DNA from: Chiloscyllium plagiosum
Taxonomy: Eukaryota
Length of the DNA: 38,706 bases
Direction: 5' to 3'
NCBI RefSeq assembly: GCF_004010195.1
Contig: NC_057719.1
Location: 72,090,994 to 72,129,699 of the forward strand
In this document: positions 1 to 13,450 of the stretch, one piece after another
Position numbering within the stretch: position 1 is the stretch's first letter
Layout of the letters: each line of letters opens with the position of its first letter
Position numbers and translations under genes: made by a program
The notes under the pieces: generated by a model
What the model was told of the DNA's origin: nothing
Seen by the model: the letters and a program-made list of their open reading frames with translations, nothing else
The model's database searches: none

Positions 1-583
1 TGTAGCTCTGCAGCCGGAACAGGACCGGGCGTGGGTGCTGGTTCGAGCCGGGCCCGCGTATTGCGACCCAGTAGGCCCATTCCACCCTTACCTGGCCTGA
101 TCCAGCTTGCAGATTTAAAAGTTGTGGCAGCCACTGCTCCAGGAATGCTGTAAACTGGCCTTTCTCTTCCCGTTCGGGAAGGCCCAGCAAACAAATATTT
201 TTTCGACGACATCGATTATCGAGGTCGTCAATATGATTTTCCAGGGTCCGGACTCACTGCTTGAGAGTCCGGACCTGATCCACGGCCGATTGAGTGGTAT
301 TTTTGGAGGTCGCGGCCTTCAGCTCCGCCCCTCCGACTCGGCGTTCAATTTCTCGAATCTCTCGGTCGTGCTTCTGCAGCGCGGCCGAGAGCGAGTCCCA
401 ACGATTTCTGGATTTTGCAATAAAGGCATCGATCTTCGAGTCAAGCTTGGAAATCATTTCTGCAAGGCTTGTTACTGTAGGTAAGTCCCCTGGGGCGGCT
501 GTGGACGCCTCTGCTGCAGCTGGAGAGGGTGGGGGAGGGGTTCCTGCTTGCTGAGAGCTGCGGGCTCCCTTCCCTTTAGTCAT
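1..583 (-). pseudogene. L1 ORF1p with an in-frame premature stop
   Basis: ORF 254..583 ends at a TGA, but L1 ORF1 motifs continue in frame to the window edge. Confidence 0.8.
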
Positions 584-735
584 TTTTACTTAGGATTAAA
601 TTGTTTAAATGTAATATTACACAACTAATTAAATTACACAACTATTATAAATGATTTGGTGAGCGTGGTAGGGGGTGGGTGACCCACTGTACCCAAGTCT
701 TGGGAGGAGCACTATAGACTCAGTCTTGCTGGGTC

Positions 736-747
736 GCCGCCATCTTG
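736..747 (-). promoter_or_regulatory. YY1-binding motif in the L1 internal promoter
   Basis: GCCGCCATCTTG (CAAGATGGCGGC on minus) lies about 9 nt from the L1 5' terminus, the same arrangement as in mammalian L1 5'UTRs. Confidence 0.65.
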
Positions 748-1809
748 GATCCCCCTAAGGTCACTTTATAATGTTCCTTTGAAGCACCTTGCATTGGTTT
801 ATTACACAAATCTAAGTTATTTTTGTAGAAGTGCAACCCAGTTTTGAACATAAGCACATCTTTAACTGAAAGACAATGATGGCCTTAAAATGATCTTCAC
901 TCGCAAAAAGCAATCCTGTTTTATGTTTATTTTGTTTGCAGGAGTAAAGAGGTGAATTGCACAATGTCACATCTCATGGGTGGTGAGTTGGAAATTAAAC
1001 CCCACTATTTCTGGAGTTGTCAGAAATGTGAAAATTTGATTTTGCACTGAATTTTTCTCTCCACCTGATGGTCTAACACAACTTAAAACAACATACACAT
1101 CAAATTTTTTTTTCCAATTTTCAAGAAAATATTTGTTGCGATCAAACTGTTTTTAACCATGTGCAAAAAGTAGATTGGTTGAATTACCAATCAATTGCAG
1201 TCAATACCCCTATAACTTAAACTATGACTCTTTCTTAAAATTGCCTTATGGGGGAGTGAAGACAAAACACAAATATTATGAGTGGGGAAGGAAGGAAACA
1301 GTTGGAGAAACACAGTTCTGGCACCAGTTCTGATCACAAACATCAATAAGTTATTTTCTTTCAGCTCCTTTAAATTCCTTCCAACTTTTTATTGATGACA
1401 TGATGTTATCAATACACTTATCCTTATTCTCTCTTTCACTAGTTGAGGATACCCCTTTCAGTGTCTCTGAAGGTGACTTTCCCTCTTTCCTTTCAACAGA
1501 AGATTTGTGGTGAGGGCAGCTGACAGAAAACGTGAATAGCGAGCTACTAGAAATTTTCATTGACTTCCCCTCACAGAAGGGAGAAATGGACGTTTTCTGT
1601 TCACAGACCGAATGCTTTTGTTATATTGTCCACACACAGCTGTAGCAGTCTTCCCAGGATATCGAGTGGTTGTTACTGTGCTAAAACCCTCTTGAGCCCA
1701 CAACAACTAGTGCTTGTAAGACGGACCAAAATTAATGGATTTAATGTTTGGATATCACAGAGATGTGGCTGTAGAGAAATCAAGGCTGGGAACTAAATAT
1801 ATGCATCCT

Positions 1810-2251
1810 ATCGAAATGACAGGCAGATGGTCAGGGGGGCAGGGTTGCCTTGTTAGTAAGAAATGAAATTAAATCGATAGCAAGGAACGATATAGAATAG
1901 AATATCAATAGGATAAGATGTGGAGAAGATGATTTCACTATAGGAGATACTAGGACCTGAGGGCATAGCCTCAGAATAAAGGGACAACCCTTTAGAACCA
2001 AGATGAAGAGGAATTTCTTCTGCCGGGGGTGGTGAATCTGTGAAACTCATTGCCACAAAAGGCTGCAGATCTCAAGTCATTGAGTGTCTTTAAGGCAGAG
2101 ATAGATACATCCTTGATTAGTAAGAGGATCAAAGGTTACAAGTAGAAGGCACGAGAATGAGATTGAGAAATGTTGCAGCCATCATTGAAAGGCAGAGTAA
2201 GTGTGATGGGCCAAATGGCCTAATTCTACTCCTACATCTTATGGTCTTATG
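1810..2251 (+). mobile_element. CR1 LINE fragment (short endonuclease-region piece joined to a 3' end)
   Basis: gggcatagcctcagaataaaggg...aggaatttcttc...gtggtgaatctgtg (the RGH...RNFF...VVN.WN C-terminus) followed by a 3' tail ending tcttatggtcttatg. Confidence 0.8.
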
Positions 2252-3471
2252 CTGATTAAAAACCCATTCAAACTGTCACTGGGCAAAATACTCCTGATGT
2301 CATGCTGTTTTGTCTGGCATTTCCCCTCACTGTTCAAGTAAGGTAACATTGTAGGTACAGCTCATAATGTATTTCAGTAACTTTTTTGTAAAATAAATGC
2401 AAACATTTTAAACAATTTCTTTGGTTTAAACTAGTATCTTCTCCACAGTCCCTTTCCAAACAAAAAATAAAATTGTCTTTCCAGCATATAAAATGTGCAA
2501 TTTATCTATTAGTGCAGATTTTTAAAATGTTTTTTTTGAATGTTTACAGTTTTATCAGATTAAATGTAGAAAGTTAATAAACAGTGAAAACTGTGTGAAC
2601 ACAAATAAAACTTATAACGCTTTCACATTTTCTACAGCTCTAAGGTATTTAATTTAAGATTAAACAAACTGACTGCACATGAGCATCGAAAACAGTTAAG
2701 GTTTAGCTTGTACCTAAATAAATTGTTTTGAGTCAAAATAAACCAGGTGTGTTAGCAAAGCTCATAATACACAGATTTAAACATTGACGAAATGGGTTTT
2801 CTGCTGAGGAAGGAATGGGGGCAATTATCACTTTTATATTTTAAGTGCATTGAAATCTAAAAGCTATAAATGTATCAATATAGATTAATTTTCTTCCATC
2901 AGCAACCCATATCAGTGTCATTGTAAGTTTAGTAATGCGTATTTAACTGAATTTTACATCTTTAGACTTGACTACTGAGATGTGTAGAAAATAGCTGCTC
3001 AAGCAAACATTGTGCAAAGATCAGATTAAAAGGCTTCTCGATATTTTTGAAAACTGTGCCATCAGTGAGAACCAAAGAGAAAGTAGCATTCCCACTGTAA
3101 TTCTTTTCACTCTATTCACTATGAAAAGGTGCAGTGCAATCCATGGAGAGCAGCTGATCCCCCAAGAGCAGTTCTTTATTGTGAGCCTGGGCTGTCAGTG
3201 CGATGGTTTTTCAAAATCACAATCATTGCGACAACCTTGCCCATTTATTGTCCTCACTCGTTAATCAAACACATTGCATTCATTGTGTAGTATTTGGTAG
3301 TGGTCAGCCTTATCCATATTTCCATTTCACATTTTGAGAACCAAAACTGCCCACAGCATGTAACCCTTTCAGACTCTTAGACTCTTATGCAGCATCTCAC
3401 CCCAATTATTTTTCCCATTACTAATATTGTACATTAATGTTTATAATTACATTTACCAAAATCCAACCTCA

Positions 3472-6400
3472 CCTGAAGTCTCAAATTTCACAAATTCAGG
3501 CAATTTAGTGGATTCACTATTCTTTCAGAATGGGTTCCCTTTAGGCTCTGGGTTGAAGGCTATTAACTGTGATTCTGTTCTTGACACTGTAAAGTTTGTT
3601 AGATCATTTAAACTGGAAGACCTACTATCACTTGGATTTCCTTAGTGGTGGATGATTTTCTTGCTGAAATAAGCAATTGCTCCATTATCAGAACTGAAGG
3701 ACTTTTAATGTATGTATTCCTTATGCAAAGGATGGCCACCTTTTTTTTTAACCTTGATAATCTCCTGAATTTGTGGATATTGGCCATTCCATGCATGCGG
3801 TGGTTTGCATGGAATTGAATGCACCACATGTTCAATCTGTGTCAGCAGATTTTTATTCTCAATCTGCTAACAAATCTGTTTTGAAGTGAGTAGATTCATT
3901 ACTTTAACTTATTCATTAGGTTGAATGCATTCACCCTCAGTGATCCCTTTTTTGAAGAAACCAACATGTTCACTTCCTCAGTTGCATTACTTGAGAATTG
4001 TTTCTTGCTTGACAGACTCGCTGTCACTGGTACTGATGATTCATCCTGGGAAGATATAGGAATAAAATGTTTTGCTTGAATGGATGACTTCTCAGCATCT
4101 GACATCTGGCTTGAGTCTGTTATCACTGCCTGTTCACCAAACTTTGTTTTGCAGTCTGAATTACATTATTTGAGGATTGATCAATTTACTCAGCTGGACT
4201 ATACTGCTAATTTGCTCTTTCATCATTTATGTTGCCCCACAAACATTGTTGATTCTTATAGCCTGAACTCTCTTCATTGTTGGTAGGAGTTGGTTACTTT
4301 AAATCCTGCATATCTACTGGTTTCCATCTTGCTGACATATGAAACATTTTTATTTTACATTAACATAGCTCATCTCAGTGGATTCTATCTGCATTGTGAG
4401 TTTCTCCATGAGTAGAGAAAGCTCTATAAAATCTACCAGTTGTCCTTTGACTGGTAGTTCACTAACCAAAAGATCTTTTACCTATTGTTCCCTGACTGGC
4501 TCCTTCTTGTCCAATTGTTCCATAATTAACTGTCCTTTGAATCATGATATCCTGACTTTACCTACTTTGACTACTTCTGTATCTTGAAACTGATTCAGGT
4601 TAAAGCATGCATTCATGCTCAGGAGTGAGAATTCTTGATTATGAAGTATGTATAATTTCTCCACTATCTGATTCCCTTCTGTTGCAGAGATCCTTGTAGC
4701 AAATGTTTAAACTTAAATGGAATAGTCCATGACCATGTAGTTGCATTACTGTAAGTTATAAACATGTTTCTTCAACAATAGAGTGACACTCACCCCCACA
4801 TTAGGCTTAAAATTGGTCAAATGCCCATTGATATAAATACACTCTTGCCAAATTAACTAAGGGTGGATGATGCATTTCTGATAGGAATACTTATGACTTC
4901 TCCCAGCAGAAGAGCAGAAGGCTGTTCCATCCCAATAATTTGTTTGTATAAATAGCTATTGTCTTCTCACCGTTCTGTGACTATACAGCACGGTTTCTGC
5001 AAGTGACCAATTGGCTTATAGTCAAAGCATACTTTTTTACAGCTGGGCACTGTTGTAAGCTTTATGCTCATCTTGGTGTAAGATCCATTTGGCAGACTTT
5101 CTGCCACCATCCTGTTTCCTGTCAGCAAACAGGACCTGTATGGTCTAGTACGTAACAGGAAAGACACCAGATATTCCAGAGAGAAGAAGCTCTTGTTTTA
5201 AACAAAATGTAGTATATTGCATGATAACAACTTAAGAGCTCAGAAGTAAACAATCCAACAGAAAGCTCAGGGTGCCATTTAGTGAACACTGTGAACCTTA
5301 AGGCATGAACATAACATCACCTGGTGGCCAGAACCTTCAACCACATGCAAAATCTACATCCGGGAAATATGACCACATAGATTTCTCAAATATTAAATAG
5401 ACTCCTATGGCCCCATTATGGTAAGTATGAAGTACACACTCATTATGAAACGGAAGGGAGTAGTATGAGATCTTTGATGCGTGTTGATAAAGGCCAAAGG
5501 TTTGGCACAATATCCCCAAACCCTGAAATTGAGGTTAGGTCTTTGGCAGATGTGAATAAGGAATTTAATAACTGTTTGTGGCCTATACTGCAAAACTGTT
5601 TTATCTTGAGGTGAATAACTCCAGCACTGGCTACACACAGGAGAGCCGAGCCTACATTCAGTCTAACAGCTGATCCTTTAAGGGTCACCTGCTGGGCTAA
5701 ACCAACAAGACAAAATGTTTTAATAAATTTCACTAAATGTAGATTTGGGGTGCATCTCTCTATCCTAATAATCAAATAACATAAGTCACTGTCAATCTTG
5801 TATCCCTATCCCACCCCATCAAATAATCACTGCAGTGATCAGAGTTTCAATTAGGTTCCATTGCTGACTCTGTGCAGTTTGTTGAGCCCATGGATATTTA
5901 GCCCAATGTCCTCTTTCCAGATGCCTCAGTCCTCACCTTTCAGGTGCAGAGATCATATCTCTTGCTTTTACTAATGGACTGGTCGGAGCTTCTCGGCCTA
6001 CAGTTCCAGCCGGTGTGTTTTATAGCTAGACTGTTGCTGCAGTTTGAGGTTACAAATATGAGTTACTGTGAAATAGTTTGTTTTCTTGGTGCTGCTTCAA
6101 CTGTTAGTATGCCAGTTTGATTCAATTTCCTGAGCAGATTGCAATGGGACCAAAGCCTGCATGGTATTCTCATTGACATCAATACTAGAATCTAGGCAGT
6201 ATGCATTGATAATGGCCTACCATTCCATCAGCCCCCATGGAATCAACACATGTCAAAATTAACAAATGACTCCTCTTCAAAATATTTCATTGAAGACCCT
6301 AAAACAGTGTCATTTACTGACAGAACAGGCACTGCAGGTAAATCTAACATTTAATTAATTTTGAAATGGAATGTTGCAACTATCTGATCAGTGTACTGCC

Positions 6401-6709
6401 TGTATTGAATGCTGCTTTGATGCCAATGGTACCACTTTCAAAAGCCAAATTCCAGCCTGTGCTATCCCTTAACCCTTTTACAACTAACACCCAATCAGTA
6501 GGCATGAGGGACAGCCATCAATGTTATTTGAAGGGATCATGTTTGCTTTTTTAAATGGCTATTCGCATAACTCTGTGTTGTTGGTGCTTCCCGACCAAAA
6601 TCTAAAGTTACCGCATCTGCAGGAAGTGGGCCAGCTAGAACTGAAGTAATGTTTAAAGCTTGTGTTGAGCTAAATTGTTTCCAAGCATAGCAGGCCTCGG
6701 AGATCTTCC
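3472..6709 (-). pseudogene. Possible decayed multi-exon gene (extracellular-type; WSC-like exon plus a large Ser/Thr-rich exon)
   Basis: A run of minus-strand AG...GT-bounded segments with protein-like reading frames broken by stops: donors near 5937 (aag|gtgagg), 5321 (cag|gtgatg), 4971 (acg|gtgaga) and 3472 (cag|gtgagg). The 4971-5190 segment reads YRSCLL...LPNGSYTKMSIKLTTVPSCKKVCFDY. Homology was not verified. Confidence 0.3.
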
Positions 6710-8582
6710 TATTGCAATTGAACATGATTAGGAGGAAAAAGAGGGAACATACTGTGAACTCCATACCTACAATCTAGTCTCATACAAGGTCCTAATTCTC
6801 ATTTTTGAACTTCTACAATTTTGGACATTTCATTATTTATCAATTGTAAAATTTTAAGGGTAATGTCTTAAGATTTTCTCAATAAGCTAATATTTATTAA
6901 AATATGTTTTGCCAATAAATCCCTGATAACTCTATTCATTTCAAACCAAAGTCAAGAATAGAGGTGTCATAAAATGCAAAAGATGCATCTCCCACCACCA
7001 CACCACATCCTCCCACCAACCTTCCCATTACGAACATTAATAAATAAATAACACAAGTATAAAATATCACATCTCACATGTTATTCAAAATTATATAACA
7101 ATTTATCATGAACAAAATTTACCATTTCAAAGCATTTTCTGTTATTTGTTCCCCAATTTGTTTGGTAGCAAAATATGTAATGATACACTGAATATTGCCA
7201 AAACTAATTTTATGAGTTGTTTGATACTTTTATTAGGTACAATATTAATTGCTAGAATAAAAACATCAAATGAGAAAGCTGTGCATATACTGAATTATTC
7301 ATTTCAATATTTCTCAATTTTGTTTATTGATGTTTTTCCAGCGAGGGAAAGAAGTTTCACAAACCCATCTGTTTAGCTGGATATAAACATGCATTACAAA
7401 CGAGAAGACCACAGACCTTGTAATTAGAGCATGTGGTTTGTATGCCTATGGCCCTAAAGTAATAACTGATTAGCAGAAAATGAATGTGGAGCCGGCAGGA
7501 TAATTGTACCCTGGACAAAGCTTGGCCAAATGTAATTAGCTGCATTTAGATAAGTTCCCAACTTGCTATTCAGGAGATTGAATAAAAAATCATATACTTC
7601 ATTGACCATGAATAAGGTTGAAAATGAACATTTGGATTATCGTTGAATTTCTTGAAAAGAATAATAGTCAAGAGATTTCAGACAGCCTGAAATAACATTG
7701 AGGGTATTCTGCTTCTTTGTCATTTTTTTAAGATCAATTTTGTAATTTTTATACACCTTTTATTTATCTGCCAATTTTCCATACAAAATAGAATTTCCAA
7801 GAGACTCAATTTTAGTTTTCTATTCACTTTCACATCAAGTTTTAAGAAACCAAAAAGTATTATCTTTCTCTTATTTCATTTCAGGAAAGTAGTCATGATC
7901 ATGTGTTGAAATCAAGAGGTATGATCACATAACGACTTTGATCATTATCCATTTTATGTTATTTTTGCTGCAGCAAATATGACTAGAAAGCTAATTTTAC
8001 TGAATTCAATGCTTTCTGACTTGAGAAATGAATGTTCTTTATTTTGTTTCTTTTCCATATTTTACTCATATACCTGCACATAATATGCCCCAGTCTTTGC
8101 TGCAGTAATAATGCTGAGGTTATCAGGACTTGTCATTATTACAGGGTAATTCTTCCAGCACATGGGCAATTAAATATTTAAGTCCAAGTATTGCTGTTAG
8201 AGATATCCTGCTCCTCCATAATGTGCTCTGTTGCAGTTCATATTGTTTGGCTTGGGACTGAAATCACTGCAAAAGCATAAACTTCAGGCACCTACCCATT
8301 TCTGCTACAATATAGGTGAAAAATTAATTTTACAAGCATAGAGTCTCATTCCCTATGAAAAACAAATAGTGTAGTTGGTTTTTAAAATAGATCAATGGTT
8401 TCTTTGCTTTTCCTGTTGTCTCTTTCATCTCTCTTCCTTATGCCAATCTGAATTTCATAATCTTTACCTTGCATATAGGAAGTCATTGAGCCTAGAGTGT
8501 GGTGTAGAATAAAGTCAACAGGCTGGGTTGAATATCTGTACCAGTTATGCTAGGTCATGGAGGCCTGTCCCATCTCTTGATG

Positions 8583-8705
8583 TCACCTGATAAAGGGTAG
8601 TGCTTTGAAAGTTTGTGATTTCAAATAAGCCTGTTGGACTATGATTTGATGTTGTGTGACTTCTGAACTTGTCCATCCCAGTCCAACACTGGCACCTCCA
8701 CATTG
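8583..8705 (+). mobile_element. Penelope-like element terminus (degenerate hammerhead core)
   Basis: cacctgataaagggtagtgctttgaaag...cctgttggacta...cccagtccaacactggcacctcc; same family as 33049-33204. Confidence 0.65.
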
Positions 8706-9370
8706 TGGAATGGTCACACTCAATCTATACATAATTAATTTTATCTCTTCCCAATGGAGAGATGCTAATGGGTCTTTTGAAAAGATAATGACTACATTCT
8801 ATAGTGTATACATGATTTAAATATAACTTAGAATTCATTTTTAAAAAATTTCCTTGCTTAAAGTCTGCATGGCTTAGTGAGGATATTTCACGCTGATTGG
8901 ATGAAAAGATCTTTTGCACCCTTTTAAACTCATTAGGACAGTGATGAACAATGCTGCCCTTCACTGTTGACAATGAAATGACTTGGACTGTGAGAACAAC
9001 TTTCGTATAGTTACTTTTCTAAATCAAGCCTTGAACAGCTGAGAGAAAAAAGCAAATCTATCATGGAAAACAAACTAGAGACCAACTCAAGAGAGTTTGA
9101 GTTACGAAGGCTTGTTGTTGAATTGAGAGGAAGTATTCCAGGGAAAAAAATCTCCTTGTAGAAAACTGAGTATAAAGGGCTTTACATAATGGAAAGTTAC
9201 TGGAAAAAGCAAAAGAAAAATGGACAACTTCCTGGGCAGAAAAAAATAATCGTTTACACTATAATGGTCACAAAACACTAGTGGGTATTGTGCTTTTAAA
9301 GGAGGCTTGATAGGACAGCATGGATTCTCAGTATAGCAAATTAACTTAATTTCCTAAAAAAGTGTATACG

Positions 9371-9460
9371 AACATAAGACCAAGGAGCAGGAGTAGGCCA
9401 TGTGGCCCTTCGAGCCTACTCTGCTATCCAATAAGATCGTGGCTGATCTTTTCATGGCCT
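9371..9460 (-). mobile_element. CR1 3' tail fragment
   Basis: aacataagaccaaggagcaggagtaggcca...ggctgatct is the reverse complement of the CR1 tail type seen near 2200-2251. Confidence 0.75.
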
Positions 9461-9479
9461 CCACTTACTCACACTCTAT

Positions 9480-11360
9480 ATTGCAGTCAAAGAAAGAAGG
9501 AGCATTATTTATTGAAAAGAAATCTCAGATAGAAAGAGAGAGCCCAATGGATCATTCGAAGAAGAATCTCTGACAACAGGAGCTGCATAGCTTAGAGGGC
9601 ATGCCTCTCACAGACTACAACTCTCAGCACATCCACTCAATGCCTCTGACTCACAAACATCCTCCTAAACTAATAAACCTTTCTGGCCTCTGCACTTCCT
9701 ATTCACTCACTGGGAACACCTCATTACATCCCCTGTTCCTGCATCACCACTATTTGCTCTTCCAGTCACTTCTACTCAATCCCTCCTTTTGTCTCACTGC
9801 AGGAAAGGTCAGCCCTCCACCAGCTGAGAAGACAAACACTGCTGGTGAGGAAGTTGAGGTGCTGGGGTTGGGGGGTGGTTGAGAATGTCAACATCAACAT
9901 TGCTGCACTGCTCTCCCATCAACACCAGTGCCAACTCATTCTTAAACTGCACAAGCCTTTAGCAAGATTTGAGAAGATTTGTAGCTCAGGTTGAGGTTCT
10001 GAATGAAGGTTTGCTCACTGAGTTGGAATGTTCATTTCCAGACATTTCATCACCTTACTAGGGAACATCTTCGGTGGGCCTCCGGGCGAAGCACTGCTGA
10101 TAATTCCTGCTTTTATTTGTATGTTTGGGTTTTTTTGGGTTGGTGATGCCATTTCCTGTTCTTTTTCTCAGGGGGTGGTAGATGGGGTCTTACCCGATGT
10201 GTTTGTTGATAGAGTTCCAGTTGGAATGCCATGCTTCTAGGAATTCTCGTGCGTGTCTCTGTTTGGCTTGTCCTAGGATGGATGTGTTGTCCCAATCAAA
10301 GTGGTGTCCTTCCTTATCTGTATGTAAGGATATTAGTGAGAGAGGGTCATGTCGTTTTGTGGCTAGTAGATGTTCATGTATCCTGGTGGCTAGTTTTTAT
10401 AGTGCACAAGCTTTTATCCCCAGGCTTAACATCTAATTCTCTCTTACTGTTATGGAGGAATAAGCAGCACAGAATTAATCTCCAAAAGGAGGACAACACA
10501 GGAGGTCCTCAGCTCCATCTTTATTTCTGAGAAGGAAGCCACACATTCCCAGAGGATACACTGGCAAGCTTGTTACCTGCACCCTCTACTAGTTCAGAGT
10601 GTTTCCCTCCAGTTGGTCTCCTTTTAGATGAGACTCAGGAGGACAATCTGGTGAGCACATCACTGACATTTCTCCGCAACTGGTTGAGGAAAGAATGTCC
10701 GAGGTCCCTGGCACTTAGTAGACTGTGGAGACCAAAGCACCTGCTTCACTCCAGGCAGAAGGTGATCCCATGCTCTCAGAAAATACACAAACAGACACAG
10801 GGACAACAGGCATGTTGTCAGAGGCAGTCAGTATATTGGATCGAAGGATAGGAGCGTCTACTAAAATTATGGGGACCATGTTCGCTCCAGCATGCATGCA
10901 TCTGGCACCTTCTACTGATAGTTTGCTGACCACCACGGAGAGTCAGGTCCAGCACATTCAGTGTCTGCTGCACAAACCTGAACTGCATTCCTCTAGGCAA
11001 AGTTGTTTAAGCATAAATAATAATGCGAGAGGGGACAAAGGACCTTGAGCTCACTCCACATGCTCCTTCCCCTCAGGAAAACAGGGTATACATAGAGAGG
11101 AGAAGGCATTCACATCCCCCAGTATCACCTCCCCACTGCCTGTGATCACAAAGCCTGCAGATCTTCAAGTCGAGGATGGTGATCCTGCCTCTGGACATTA
11201 AACTCCAGGGATTATTACCCAAGTCTTCCAAGCCAGCTGGCCCAACTACAGAACAGGCTTAATCCACCCAGCTGCAGAGGTCAGACTGCAGTTAGACATG
11301 GTAGAGTCATAGAGATGTACAGGAGGGAGAGGAAGACAGAAAATCCCACTGAGGGCATAG
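9480..11360 (+). mobile_element. Probable decayed Harbinger accessory (Myb/SANT) gene region
   Basis: Low-complexity protein-like frames (LLPAPSTSSE, LLDETQEDNLVSTSLT) converge on the Harbinger transposase fossil at 12590-13450, as expected for two-gene Harbingers. No SANT motif was read directly. Confidence 0.35.
9962..10402 (-). mobile_element. Penelope-like retroelement 3' fragment with GIY-YIG endonuclease C-terminus
   Basis: A minus frame reads LATRIHEHLLATKRHDPLSLISLHTDKEGHHFDWDNTSILGQAKQRHAREFLEAWHS. It is flanked by a 14-bp direct repeat, tgcacaagccttta (9948-9961) / tgcacaagctttta (10403-10416). Confidence 0.85.
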
Positions 11361-12105
11361 AGGCGATGCAGGTGAAATGTTATTGTAAATAATCTTCCAC
11401 TTTTTAAAATTATGACAGCACTGCATTTTTTAAAATGTCTGGTCTTGTACAAATCCAATTAAATCACACCCATGTGAGAGATAAAGCAGTCTCTACAGAG
11501 ATCCCACAGATGAAAGACATTCTAGTGGCCAAGCATTGTTCATCTCTCACAAGTGACCAACCCCTTGACTGCAGGTGGCCTCAGATATCAAGGATCCTTG
11601 GATCATGACAATGAGGACTACAGCCAAGGTGTTGCACTTTAATATGGACAACACTCAGGCTATGTGCAATGTGCAAACATTGTGCTAGGATCTGGCCCAC
11701 ACTCATCATTCCACAATTCTGAGAGAGAGTACAGAATGAATGATTCCACATATCTCTAGAAGAAAACATTTATTCTTTCTGTTAGTTTTTCAGTTCTTAG
11801 GGAATGCACTATCTGGAAGATGTACAATGAGCAATTCCCATCTCCACTCACCTTTGCAGAACTGTAGTCTACCAAAAAAAGCTGCACAAAGCACTGCCTC
11901 TCATTGGTTCAACTCTGTCCTAGATGTTGCTCAAGTATTTGTCAGCGATTTAGGAGGTCCACATACACTCAGAAACATTGAAAGGTCAATGATGATGAAA
12001 GTGTCCAAAGGAGATTCCTAGGATTCCTCTCAATATGCTGGCTCTCCTGAGAGACTTCACTACACAGCACCCTGAAATGATATCCTAAGGGAAGCCTAAA
12101 TGTAG

Positions 12106-12229
12106 AAGAAGGGCTTATGCCCGAAACGTCGATTCTCCTGTTCCCTGGATGCTGCCTGACCTGCTGCGCTTCTCCAGCAACACATTTTCAGCTCTGATCT
12201 CCAGCATCTGCAGACCTCACTTTCTCCTA
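12106..12229 (+). mobile_element. Penelope-like terminal fragment
   Basis: aagaagggcttatgcccgaaacgtcgattctcctg...cagacctcactttctcc, flanked by ctaaatgtag (12096-12105) / ctgaatgtag (12230-12239). Confidence 0.85.
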
Positions 12230-12589
12230 CTGAATGTAGTGTCATGCAATGTTAGTCCACCTCCATCTCATTTACTACTGCTTTTTCCCTCATGGTCAGT
12301 AATGTGTAAAGTCTTGAGAGTGGGATCAGCTGAAGACATAATCTTCCAATCACTTGGACAATGAGACATTAATTCAACAACAGATAAGTTCAGTGACTGC
12401 AAAATATTATTGTCACATTGTTCTGTGCACTAAACAAGGGTACCCTGCCAAATGACAAACAGGATCTTAAAAAATTAAACCACGTCCAAACCCAGCTTAT
12501 TCATCCTGGAACCGGATTTCAGTTAGATTATTTTGACTTCTCTCATTCACTAATGCATTGCTGTGTCATGCTGCTTTGGAGAATCCTTC

Positions 12590-13450
12590 TTGTCAGTGTC
12601 ATAATCCTTATCCTCATCTTCAGCTTCAGAAGTCTGCCATTGATTTCCCTATTCTTTCTGCTTCAAGGACATCATTCCAACCTCTTTGTCAGATCCAGTT
12701 GTGAAGAACATTGTGATGTGATGCACACCCTCTAAGCTATACCGTAAGACACTAATAGAGTGGTCAGGCATTGAAGCCATGGTGAAAGCATGGGAAGTAC
12801 TGCTTCTCCCCTCTGAATCAGCCTGAAAGTTTCATAAAGATGTCATGAGACATATTTGCCTCATGCCTGTATGACCTGAGGACATGGGAATCTGTGAGCT
12901 CTCTAGTTTATGAGTTGTTACAGTTCCAAGAATGTGTGGCTCAGACCTTCAAAGGTCACACATAATTTGAGCAGGATGGAATGGAAGCCTTTTCTGTTGA
13001 TGAACACTGCAGATTGGTAATAAAGTGCTCTCAAAGCAATGTGGGTGTAGTTGATATTGCCTTACACCTGGAGGAACCAGCAATGGTGAAGAATCCCACT
13101 GCCTGAGCTGGTTGAATCTCCTGGTCATGGAAGAAGGATATGAATAGGTGTGATCTGGAGAAAATGGCTTCAGTCACATTACCTCAGGGTTTGAGATTCC
13201 ATACAGGTTGTTCCTCAAAATGAGCCAGTGGCATAAAAATACAAAGCAGCTGTTACCTTGATGACCACCCAGTCATTCAGAGGAAGTCCTGCTGCAGCAG
13301 TTGACAAGGCTCGGTGACATGATCCTGTGACATTTTTATTCTGTGCCGACACTGTCTTTCAGAAAGATCTGTTGATCTACATTCTCAACATTCTCCTTTG
13401 CTTTCTTAGTCGATCTCCACCTGCTCCTTCTCCCGCCAGCAGCTGTGCTG
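12590..13450 (-). mobile_element. Fossil PIF/Harbinger DDE transposase (HARBI1-like), copy 1
   Basis: Minus-strand frames, read across frameshifts: LSERQCRHRIKMSQDHVTEPCQLLQQD, VVIKVTAALYFYATGSF, GFFTIAG, INYTHIALRA, VFINRKGFHSI, VLRYSLEGVHHI...VLHNW. All match DDE_Tnp_4/HARBI1 motifs in the expected order. Confidence 0.85.

Larger units (their letters stand above)
1..755 (-). mobile_element. L1-clade LINE, 5' end (5'UTR plus N-terminal ORF1), running off the window start
   Basis: The minus strand begins GGGGGATCCAAGATGGCGGC at 755. ORF1 starts at 583 (MTKGKGARSS..., coiled-coil LQKHDREIREIERRV). After the stop at 254-256 the same frame continues ENHIDDLDNRCRRKNICLLGLPEREE...HPRPVLFRLQSY, matching the L1 ORF1p RRxNIRxxGLPE / PRPV motifs. 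Confidence 0.85.

Noticed and set aside
122..554. Plus-strand ORFs of 120 aa and 86 aa
   Set aside because: Antisense shadows of L1 ORF1.
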